In this document: positions 1-9,864 of the stretch, in pieces
How positions within the stretch are numbered: the first letter of the stretch is position 1
Layout: each line of letters starts with the position of its first letter
Assembly (NCBI GenBank): GCA_001275005.1
Contig: JWZX01003024.1
Coordinates: 1-32,550, forward strand
From: Chrysochromulina tobinii
Lineage: Eukaryota
Length of the DNA: 32,550 nt
Reading direction: 5' to 3'
Program-made: the position numbers and the translations under genes
The notes under the pieces: model-generated
Databases searched by the model: none
What the model saw: only the letters and a program-made list of their open reading frames with translations
What the model was told of the DNA's origin: nothing

Positions 1-595
1 GGCCGAACGGCAACGCGCGCGGCGCGGCCGCGCGCGCGCGCGCGCCGCGCCGCGCAATATATTTTCATTCAAGTCCCAGAGTTACCGTACGTAACCAGCT
101 AACCACACATGAAATAACGGACCGATCATCATGACACGACGACAGGCTGAACGTATGCGCTCCTAGTGCCTACACCTCCCGGGTTTCGCATCCCACGCAC
201 CGCACGTGACCGCCCGGAGCGCGGGGGCGGGCCGGGCCGCTCGTGGCACCGCTGCCGGGCTTGCGGGCCTTGCGGGGGGCGGAGGAGGGGCGATCCGAGC
301 GAGGTGCGGCCGGCATTCACACGAAGATCTCTCTTATTGCGATGGCCGAGTATCATACAACATGAACTATTACCATCTAGACACTTAATGCTATGATCGG
401 AACGGATTTCACCTTGCGCTAACCCCGCGCTCTCTGCTGCCGGCATGCCACGCCACGGCCTTCTGGCCCACTGCGCAAGGTGTGTTGACGACTGTGAGAC
501 CTCTCCCTCTCGCTCACACGCCGTCAACGGTCTAGGGGACGCGCCTCTCCTTTGCGACCAAACGGGAGTTGCGAGCAAAGCAAGGCAGCTCCCGC

Positions 596-1235
596 TCAGC
601 TCAGTGCTGGCTGCTGCTCCTTGGTGATGCCCAGGAATGCATAACCCTCAGCCTCAAGCTCGAGAGCGAGCTCGGGACCACCGCTACGCACAATTCGGCC
701 CTGGTACATGATGTGCACGAAGTCGGGCTTGACGTAGTCGAGCAAACGCTGATAGTGCGTTATGAGGATCATTGCGTTTTTCTCGCTCCTGCAAGCGTTG
801 ACGCCGGCCGCAACGGTCTTGAGCGCATCAATGTCAAGACCGGAGTCGGTCTCGTCGAGGATGGCAAGCTCGGGTTCGAGCAGCGCCATCTGCAGGATCT
901 CGTTACGCTTCTTCTCACCCCCTGAGAAGCCGCTGTTGACGTCGCGGCCAAGGAAGTCTGGGCTCATTGAGACCATCTCCATCTTCTCCGAGAGCACGCC
1001 GAGGAACTCGAGCGGATCGTACTCGTCGAGCCCGAGCGCTCCACGCCGCTTGTTGACGGCAAGGCGAAGGAAGTCGTTGTTTGACACGCCGGGGATCTCG
1101 ACTGGGTACTGGAAGGCAAGGAAGATGCCCTGCTGCGCGCGCTCCTCGGGTTCCAGCTCAAGCAAGTCCTCGTCATTGCGATAGCGTGCGCAACCGCCCG
1201 TGACCTCATAGCTCGGATGTCCGACGAGCACCTTG

Positions 1236-1279
<44 letters not shown>

Positions 1280-1483
1280 CACCTCGCCGCGGCGCACGAT
1301 GAGGTCGACGCCTTTCAGGATCGGCGTGTCCGCCACAGTCGCGCGCAGTCCGGAAACGACTAGCAGCGGAGGTGCGTCGGCAGCAGCCATGGCCACCGCG
1401 CAACCGATGCGAGCGGCACACGAAGGCGCCGGCGCTCTGAGCATGGTGAAGCCGAGCGCGGCCACGCAAAAGGACGGAGTCAT
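596..1483 (-). CDS. sufC: Fe-S cluster assembly ABC ATPase SufC (Ycf16), nucleus-encoded with a putative plastid-targeting presequence
   Basis: Walker [22 protein letters not shown], signature [13 protein letters not shown], Walker [16 protein letters not shown] and ITHYQRLL. A ~38-aa N-terminal extension ([14 protein letters not shown], then rich in Ala/Arg/Pro) precedes the domain. Intronless. Confidence 0.95.
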
Positions 1484-1927
1484 AATCCTCGGAGGTTGCT
1501 ACGTGATGTGAGATTTAGCAAGTGTCGCAAGTGGAGAAGGACGGTATGAAGACATGTTAAGTGTCGCGTCCCCGTTCATGATCGTTCGTTTCAGGGCCCT
1601 CACGGCCAGACGCAGTCCACCCCTGCACAAGTCTCCGACACAAAATGAACACAAAAGGACGGCTCCAAGCATGCAAGCAAGCAAGCACCACTTGCTACAT
1701 GTACAGCCATTCCACTAGCCAAGACCAGTCCCATGTGTGACCACCAGAGGATGGGAGAACACTTGTGCCGGTACGGTGCGCGTCTGTACGGCATCGTCTC
1801 AAGCGCATCCTCGCGCCGTCCATCCATCCCGAGGGCCGTTTCAACGAGAAGCTTTTCACAGGCGTCGGAAAAGGGAGGAGCGCGACAAGTTTGCCTTTTT
1901 GGACGAAAGCCTCTGAGCGTCGCGGGG

Positions 1928-4900
1928 ATGGCGACCACAGTGCTGCGAGGCAAGCAGGTGTGGGTGCGCGATCCCGCCCTTGCAGACGAAGACGTCTTTT
2001 ACAAGGGCAAGGTCATCAGCGAAGACGAAAAGAATGTGCGTAACACACGGCCGGCCGGTGGCCCAACGAGCTGCTTCTGTCCATTCCCGCGGATCTGCGA
2101 CCTGCCATGCCTGCAGCCTGGCAGACAGAATCTTGACCCCGTGTTTTGCGTATCTGGCACAGGTCACCGTCGCATCACTGTCGGACAGCTCCAGCACTCG
2201 AGTCTGGCCCAGGGAGCTCATTCTCGAGGTGCGAGCTCATTCTCGAACGCGTTCAGCGTTGCCGCAATGCTCCCCTGTGCAAGAAAAGCACGTGTGAGGG
2301 CTGCGAGTGACGCCGATGCTGCCCTCGCTGCTGCTAGAGCTGCAGCTGCAACAGCAGCATCGGAAGGATCAGCAGCAGCTGCGGCGGCAGCATCGGCAGT
2401 GTGGCAGCAACTGTAGCGGCGGTCAGTGCGGCAGCAACTCTCGCAGTGGTTGCACCCACGGTTGCTCCCTCGGTCGGTTGCACCCTCTGTTGCAGCCACA
2501 ACCGCGGCGCACGCCGAGCAACCGACCCAGATGCTGGCCGCGCGCATCGCGTGCACACCCCATGGTGCTCACTGCATGGGTGCTGCGCGTTCGCTTCTTT
2601 CGCGCAGTGCACCTTGAACGATGAGGACAAAAAGGATCACTGCAACCTGGACGTGCTGAACTCTGCGACGCTCGTCGAGAATGCAAGGGCACGCTTTCAG
2701 AAAGATAAGATTTATACTTACATCTCGCAGCTGCTGCTTGCCATCAACCCGTTCAAGTATATTGAGGAATTGTACTCCGAGCAAGCGAAGGAGGTCTACA
2801 GGGGCGCGAACTGGACGCAGCTGGAGCCTCACACCTATGCGATCGCCGAGATGTCTTTCCAATCGATGACGATTCACAACCAGTCGCAGTCGCTGCTCGT
2901 CTCGGGCGAGTCAGGCGCCGGGAAGACGGAGACAAACAAGCAGCTTATGGACTACATTATTTGGCGTGCTGGCGTGCCCGCCGGGAGTGCTCTAGCGGCT
3001 AGCAACAAGGCGTCGCTCGACAAGCGCATCATGGATACCAACCCGGTGCTCGAGGCTTTTGGCAATGCCAAGTCGATCCGGAACAACAACTCGTCGCGCT
3101 TCGGCAAGTACATCAACCTCAAGTTTAGCAAGGAGTGGAGGGTGATGGGCGCAGAGGTGCGCACCTTCTTGCTCGAGAAATCGCGGGTGACGAACGCGAG
3201 CCTGGCGCGTGAGCGCTCCTACCACATTTTCTACCAGCTCCTCCGCGGCTCCCAGTTCGACGGCAAAGGTTGCGCTCAACTGAAGGGAAAGGGGCCCCTG
3301 GACTTTATGTACACCTCGCTCAGTGGAACAAATTGGGTCGACGCGATCGACGACGTCGAGGATTTCCATGAATTTCATCGGGCGATGCCTAACTGCGGTC
3401 TCAATGATGAGGAACATCAAGAGGTCTACAACGTGCTGGGCGCGTTGCTGCACATCAGCAACGTGAAGTACGAGGCAGCAGGCAACGACACGATTCGCAT
3501 CCAGCCAGGGGCCTCGGCGGACCTGAAAACTGCCGAGCGGCTTCTCGGCATCACCCCGATCGGCCAGCTCCTCGTCGAGAAGGTCGTGAAGTCGCCGCGC
3601 TCGAACAACGAGTATCACATCGCGCTCGACATGGGCGCTGCGATTTCGCAGCGCGACGCCCTCGTCAAGCACCTGTACCAAATGCTCTTCGCACTGATCG
3701 TCCAGAAGATCAACACGCAGATCCAAGTGGAGAGGGACTTCCACCGCTTCATCGGTTTGCTGGACGTCTTCGGCTTCGAGGTGTTCCAAACCAATTCCTT
3801 CGAGCAGCTGTGCATCAACTACGCCAACGAGCGCCTACACAACTTCTTCCTGATGCGCGTGTTTGAAGTCGAGATCGAGCTCTACCGCATGCAAAACCTG
3901 CAGGTGCCCGTGCTCACCTACCCGGACAACAGCAAGGTCATCGAGCTCCTCGAAAAGTCTCCGACAGGCATCTTCCCGGTGCTCGACGCGCAATGCAAGA
4001 CGCCCAAGGCGACCGACAAAACGTTCAACGCTGCCATCTGCAAGCAGCACGCGAGCCACCAGCACTTCAGCACTCTATCGGGCTCAAAGATGAAGATGAG
4101 CGGCGTGAGCGATGAAGACGTGTTCGTCATTCACCATTTCGCGGGCGATGTGTGCTATTCGTCTGCAAGCTTCCTCGAAAAGAACACGGACAGCCTCTCT
4201 GCGCAGTTCGAGGGCATCCTCTTGAAGAGCACGTCGTCTGTCGTTGTGCAGATGGTCGAAGGCGCCAAGCTTGGGCCGAAAGCCCCCGATAATCCGGGCG
4301 ATCAGAGCGCCCGCGGCAAAAAGGGGCTCGAGCCTGGCCAGATGTCGGCGCGAGGGGAGGCGGGTGCAATGTCGCATCGCGGCAAGAAGCCCGGCAAGGG
4401 CGGCAAGGAGGAGGGCGACGGAAAGAAAGCGTCGGGCTCGGTGAGCAAGACGTTCCTGCTTGGTCTGAAGCAGCTGATGCGCGAGATTGCCACTACGCAC
4501 CCGTTTTTCATTCGGTGCATCAAACCCAACCAGAAACTCGTGCCAAAGGAGTTCCACGTGTCGATGGTGCTTAGCCAGATGGAACGCTCCGGCACCATTG
4601 AATGCGTGAAGCTGATGCAGCAGGGCTACCCGAGCCGCGCGCCTTACGCCGACCTGATGACGCGTTTCAAGAACGCGCTGCCTGAGTTCATGATGACATT
4701 GAATCCCGGGCAGTTCGTTGAGCTGCTGCTTCTTGCGTGCAACTGCGACCAGAACGACTACCAGCTCGGGCAGGACATGGTCTTCTTCCGCTCCAACAAG
4801 GGTGGTCTGCTGCAGGAGCTGATGATGATGCGCAAGGATCTGGTCGCCTCGCGGATCGTCTCCAACGGCTTGGCCAAAGGCTACAATGATGACCCCGACT

Positions 4901-6222
4901 ACGGCCAGGCGTTCAAAGAGTTGCAGGCGTTTGTCGCCATGCGTATGAGAAAGCGGAAGGAGGCGCGCGAGCTGTTCGAGAGCGCGGTGATGGCAGCGAT
5001 ACAGATGCAGAAGTGGGTCAGGTGGGGCGAGGCCAAGACGTTGCAGCGCTCTGCTGCCGCGACGCACATGCAAACGGTCCGGCGCGGCAGAGCAGCGAGG
5101 CTTCAGGCGGCGGAGCTGCGCAGGATCGCTGAGGAGAAGCGGCTGGCGGAAGAGGCTGCACGCAAGGCCGCCGAGGAGGCGCGCTTGGCCGCTGAGGCGG
5201 CAGCGGTGGCGGAAGCAGCGGAGAGAGAGCGCTTGCGAATCGAGGCCGAGCGGCTGGCGGAAGAGGCGAGAATCGCGGAAGCAGCCAGAATCGAGGCCGA
5301 GCGCCAGGAGGCGGCAGCGAAGAAAGAGGCGGAGGAACGGGAGGCGCGCATCGCGGAGGAGAAGAGAATCGCTGACGAAATAGAGGCAAAGAGGAGACAG
5401 GAGGAGCAAGTGGCAGCGCAGCAAGAGGCGGCGCAAGACGCCCTCGACGACCAGGACGACGAGGCCGACCAGGACCACAACAAGTGGTTCGTCCAGATAC
5501 CCGGGAAGCGTGGTGGGTCCAAGGAAGTGCATCGCCATCTGATGTGCAAGGGTGTCGAGTGGGGCTTCCAGTACCACAACTTCTACGGCGACTGGGAGCT
5601 TGATACGACGCAGGAGCTTTGCAACGACCGGCCTCACTATATTCACAATACCATGTACGGCGGGCACGCGCACTTGTTTCACACGATCGACCCGCACTAT
5701 CACGTGCCGCGCTGGGTGATTGGGCCTTCGCCGGGCAACGAGAACGGATGGGCCTTCTGCGAGTCGGATGCGTTGACGCCGCATGAAGTGAAGGCGACGT
5801 GGATCTCGTGGGATGGCTTCGAGTGGCATTCGTGCAAGTCATTCCGGTATGAGCCCAAGGAGCACGAGATGGACGGCTTCTCGGATGAGGAGGACTTTGA
5901 GGAGGGCGATGATCATGATCTGTACGATGAGAATCAGTTTGGCATGAAGGATGGGTTCGAGACCAACTCGAAAGTCAACAAGGTCGCGCTGACGTCGAGC
6001 GAATATGAGCACATGATGACCAATCGGGAAGCTAAGGCAGACCCGAAGGAGGAGGCGCCTTCAAAGGTGCAGACCGTGGTGGAAGATGATGCGGAGGTGG
6101 AGGATAATACTGCCCCGGGGAGTGGCAGGGATGAGGACAGCAGCAGGGAGGATGGCAAGAAAGGCAAGAAGGGCAAGAAGGGCAAGGACGGCAAGAAGGA
6201 GAAAGGCAAGAAGTCGAAGTGA
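1928..6222 (+). CDS. Myosin heavy chain with a class VI-like head; 3 exons (1928-2035, 2163-2228, 2608-6222), ~1262 aa
   Basis: Two GT-AG introns (2036-2162, 2229-2607) join in frame and supply the N-terminal SH3-like segment (KQVWVRD...). P-loop GESGAGKT, switch I NNNSSRFGK, switch II DVFGFE, FEQLCINYANE and FIRCIKPN are present. Then one clear IQ-like motif (~5050-5106), an E/R/K/A-rich helix (~5105-5440), a globular tail domain and a Lys-rich C-terminus. Confidence 0.95.
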
Positions 6223-6332
6223 AACGGGCGCGCCTGACTGCCCGCGTGGCTTTGTGAAACGCGATTGTGTGGCAATGGTCTTGCGGCGATCGCGACTTAG
6301 CGACGACGGAGCGCAGACTTAGCTGCGCACCG

Positions 6333-6426
6333 CTGGGAAGCTCAGGGGCTACTCCCACAGCCTGAGCTTCCCACAGCCTGAGCTTCCCGCAGCCCTGAGC
6401 TTCCCACAGGGGCTACTCCCACAGCC
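6333..6426. repeat. Short minisatellite: three ~16-bp units CCTGAGCTTCCC(A/G)CAG, a flanking 20-bp direct repeat and one inverted unit
   Basis: Units at 6361-6376, 6377-6392 and 6394-6409. CAGGGGCTACTCCCACAGCC occurs at 6343-6362 and 6407-6426. TGGGAAGCTCAGG (6334-6346) is the reverse complement of the unit. Confidence 0.85.
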
Positions 6427-7060
6427 GACCCGATCGAGCCCGATGAATGTGCGCATGGTGTCGTTTGCCTGAGTGTGTGATGTGTGAGCTTGCCTGTGCG
6501 TGTGGATGGTGTGCGTTGCAGCATGTTTCAGGTCCTCGGAGGTGACGACGCGGAGCGGGGCAGTGTGATTTCTCGCCTCTGACGCCCAAGCTTCAGCGCG
6601 GACGGAGTGGGCGTGCGGAGTGGCGGTTGTCAGCCGTGTGCATGGCCTTAACCCGCGGAACCGCATTGTTGCACCGCGTATTGTGGCGTACTTATCGGAC
6701 CCTTCGGTCCGCCTCGTGTGTCGACGGTCTCGCTGTGTGCGTGCGGCCGTGTGGCGTTGGCGCGGCGCGCGGCGGATATGCCGTGCGTCGCGTGCGGGAG
6801 GGCGGCAGGTGGCCGGGCCGGTGGCGCTCTCAAAACCGTACAAACTCTCGTCTAAATTATATCGCCATCATCGCCGAACCATCACGCCGCGTGTGGCACT
6901 CTGACGGTGACGCGGTGACGCTGACGGGCCCCGCCGGCCGGTCCCGCGGGAGGCGGGACCGCCGGACTCGTCCGGCGGCGCCGCCAAACTCAACGCGCAC
7001 TCCGCACTCGCCACGGCCCCGGGGCGGCGTGTGCCTCCGCGGCGGCGTAGCGCGCAATTG

Positions 7061-7099
7061 CCGCAATGGCGCAATTGGAGAATTGCGCCATCAATGCGG
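7061..7099. other. Strong intergenic inverted repeat / hairpin
   Basis: Perfect 11-bp stem ATGGCGCAATT (7066-7076) / AATTGCGCCAT (7081-7091) with a GGAG loop. It extends through CCGCA (7061-7065) / TGCGG (7095-7099) across a 3-nt bulge. Confidence 0.7.
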
Positions 7100-7571
7100 G
7101 CCGGCGCGGATGAATACGAATTCGCTATTCGGAATTGCCGCGTTACGTTCGCTTACGTGGACGACGTGCGCGGACGCCCCGGCGCGCGGCGGGCGGAGAC
7201 CGGAGTACCGGAGTTTGCAGTTTGGCCCTCCTGTGGCGAGTTGTTCGTTGAGACCGTTCCGGGCTTTCTATACCGTTATAGAGTCCCGAGTTGAACTTCC
7301 GCGCGACACACAGACACTTCTCAACGCGTCCCACAAATCGAGCGACGCCGCCCGGGAGGCCGGGTCCAGCCAGGCCTCGCCGGCGGAAGCCGAGCGGCAC
7401 GGTTCTCGCTCTGACAAGGGTATGGCGTGCTGCGACATCTCGCATGCAAGAGCGAACGGCAATCGCGCCTATGCCACCGCTCCCGCGCGCATCAAAGTGC
7501 ATCTTTCAGCTTTCAGCTGGTCCTCTCGCTTGCGCGGGCGAGGGTCCCAGAAGAGCTGACTCCTAGAAGAA

Positions 7572-8249
7572 CTATCGCGCTGCGCTTATGGGTTGACTGA
7601 AGTCCAAACCGTCAGATGATGCAGGCATCGCAGGCATCGCGCTATCAGCTGTGTTGAGCGGTGCAGCTTCTCTGATGATGCGCGATCTACGGCGCGAGCA
7701 CGGTCGAGCAGAGCAGAGTCAGCGAACGGGAAAAGCAAGCACGGGTGGATTGGGTTCTCGCGCCGCGAGGAGAGTGATAGCGCGCCGCGAGGCGCCAGTG
7801 TTCGTGTGGTGGTACGCGACGCACGTGTGCACGAACCCTACGATGGCCAAGATGATGGCCGCAACGTTGTTGACGCCGAAGGGGCCGACCCCTGTGCCTG
7901 TTGGAGTCATGAAGCAAACCAGCAAGCCGACACCCAGATAGAAAGCGCCCTTGCCCCGCTGCAACGTCAGGAACTTGAGGTAAGCGTCGATCCAACGGTA
8001 GAACTTCGAGATAGATTTCGTCTTGTCCTTGATCTCGACGGTTAGCACGATCAGACCAAAAATCACAGCGTAGATCGAGCCAACAAAGTAGACAAATCCG
8101 CCACCCAGGATCAATGTAAAGATGCTGCCCCATACGCCAGCGAAGATGAGAAAGGCGCCCGCAAAGAGCGAAAGAACCTTGAGCAGCACTCGCGCCTGTG
8201 CAGAGGTGGGCTGCGTGAAGGCCGCCCGAAGGTCGCGAAGCGCTGACAT
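7572..8249 (-). CDS. COPI-associated / TVP15-family Golgi membrane protein; 2 exons (8249-7825, 7686-7572), ~179 aa
   Basis: About four hydrophobic segments and the family-like motif YLKFLTLQRGKGAFYLGVG. A GTGCGT donor at 7824 and a pyrimidine-rich TAG acceptor at 7687 join in frame to a TAG stop at 7572-7574. Confidence 0.75.
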
Positions 8250-8361
8250 ATTCCCTCGCGCGTTTCCAGTGCCTTGAGGCAGGTCCTGTTCCGGACACAA
8301 GTGCAAGTTCCGTTTTCTAGTTCGATTCAAAAAGTCATCAGAACGAAAGGTGTTAGGTGAG

Positions 8362-8387
8362 CAAGTCAAGTCAAGTCAATTGACTTG
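8362..8387. promoter_or_regulatory. Candidate cis-element in a divergent promoter: (CAAGT)x3 ending in a perfect 16-bp palindrome CAAGTCAATTGACTTG
   Basis: Palindrome at 8372-8387, lying between the divergent TVP15-like and thioredoxin genes. A regulatory role is inferred from position only. Confidence 0.35.
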
Positions 8388-8599
8388 GAGCATGTCCATG
8401 TCTGAAACAGCTTGCGCTCATCTCTGGATTGCGCGTACCCGCGCAACAAGGAGTGACGCGTCCGCCGCGCGTCTGTAGACGATTTGTACGAATAGAGAGT
8501 TATCACGCAGCAACTGCGGTGGGGCCACTGCTCCGTTGCACCTCAAACATGGCAAAGTACTTTCTTCATTCATATATCTGAGGGGAGGCAGATTTTTCT

Positions 8600-9339
8600 A
8601 TGAGCCGCTGCTTGCTCCTTGTCGCGCTGCTCGGGTGCGCGGACGCGTTTCGACCCGTGCTGGCCGCTGGGCCACGCAGCGCAAGCCTGCTCCTGCAGCA
8701 GCGGGCGCGCTCGAGCCCACCCGTCGCGGTGGTGGTTGACATCTCGTCGACTGAGGAGTTCGAAAAGGCATTGGATGAGGCGGGACCGGCGCTGGTTGTG
8801 GTCGACTACTCAACCTCGTGGTGCGGACCTTGCAAGATCATCGCCCCTAAATTTGACGAGTTCAGCGAGCAGTACAAAAGCGTGACCTTCCTCAAGGTGT
8901 GCATGGCGCTTGCCACCCAGCTTGTGAAGCAGACGCTCCGCCCCCCGCCGCACGCGGCGGTTGCCCACTGGCTGCTGCGTCCCTTTTGGATCATGCGCAG
9001 GTCATGGGCGACAGCAGCCCGGCCGCTGACAAGCTGATGCGCAGCCAGGGCGTCCGTGCGCTGCCGTCATTCCACTTTGTGCGCGCCATTCCTGCCCAGA
9101 TCGAACTCCCCTTGCGGAGCCGCATGATGCCGAGGCTTTTGAGGGCCGCAAAGCCGAAGCCGCTCCGCCGGCGGCGTCCCTCGAACCTTCCCCGTGTGGC
9201 CGCCGGCGGCATCCCAACTAACCCTCGTGCGGCCACGTGCGCTTGCCTGCAAATGCAGTGGAAGAACAAAGAGCAGATCGAGAGCATCAGCGGGGCGAAG
9301 ACACAGGCGCTGCAAGATGCGATCGAGGCGAACATGTAA
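8600..9339 (+). CDS. Plastid-targeted thioredoxin (f-type-like); 3 exons (8600-8896, 9001-9078, 9259-9339), 151 aa
   Basis: WCGPC active site. Signal peptide MSRCLLLVALLGCADA|F (ASAFAP-like) followed by a transit-like segment. Two phase-0 GT-AG introns give FLKVMGDSSPAADKLMRSQGVRALPSFHFWKNKEQ, a complete thioredoxin fold. Confidence 0.92.
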
Positions 9340-9864
9340 CATCCTTTCGCGGGTCTCCAATAATTATGGACGACGACGGCGTGCGCTCTCACGCGCGCGC
9401 ATGCATCACACAACAACGCCCGGATGTGACCTCTATACGGGTTTGGGGTTGACCCCGTTGTGCGAACCGGGCAAAACACTGGTCTGAGGTCACTGTGCTT
9501 ATGATTGGAAAGTGTACTCAAGGAGGTAGAGGAGGGATTAATATCTGGATTTGCACACAATCCTCATACCTGGCCTGTGCTGGTGCGCACCGCAGCGCAC
9601 CGCGAGCCTCAGCCTGTGGCTGTGCCAGGTTCTTTACGGGGGGGTCCGGGGAGCGGGGAGGTGGCAGGTGCGCCACCCTGACCCTCTCGTCGACGGTCGT
9701 CTCCAGCGCTGTCCAGTGCGCGAGCTCGCCGCCGCTCGCCGCTCCCGCAAGCCGAGCGTACGTGAACTGTCCCTCCTCCTCGCCCAGCTCCCCTCGTCAC
9801 TTGACTAAACTTCAACTTGAACGAACTTGGTTAGAGTCTTTCGTTTTTGCTGTTCGATCGAAGA

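Noticed and set aside
2401..2607. N-terminal 69 codons of the listed 1273-aa myosin ORF
   Set aside because: This lies inside intron 2 (2229-2607), which is low-complexity GCA/GCT-rich sequence. The real N-terminus comes from two upstream exons.
4084..5829. Long antisense ORFs (581 aa here; also 11776-13035, 19409-20266, 23206-24183, 28026-29372)
   Set aside because: Shadow ORFs expected opposite GC3-rich genes. No motifs are recognisable.
6333..6426. Repeat cluster as a CRISPR array
   Set aside because: Units are directly adjacent with no unique spacers, there are no cas genes, and the context is eukaryotic.
6627..7559. 310-aa ORF in the large intergenic gap
   Set aside because: Non-ATG start, Arg/Gly/Pro/Ala composition typical of random GC-rich DNA, and no domain signal.
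7519..7567. Hairpin followed by CTAG as a Helitron 3' end
   Set aside because: The stem is imperfect, CTAG is followed by A rather than T, no 5' TC boundary was found, and it abuts the TVP15 stop codon.
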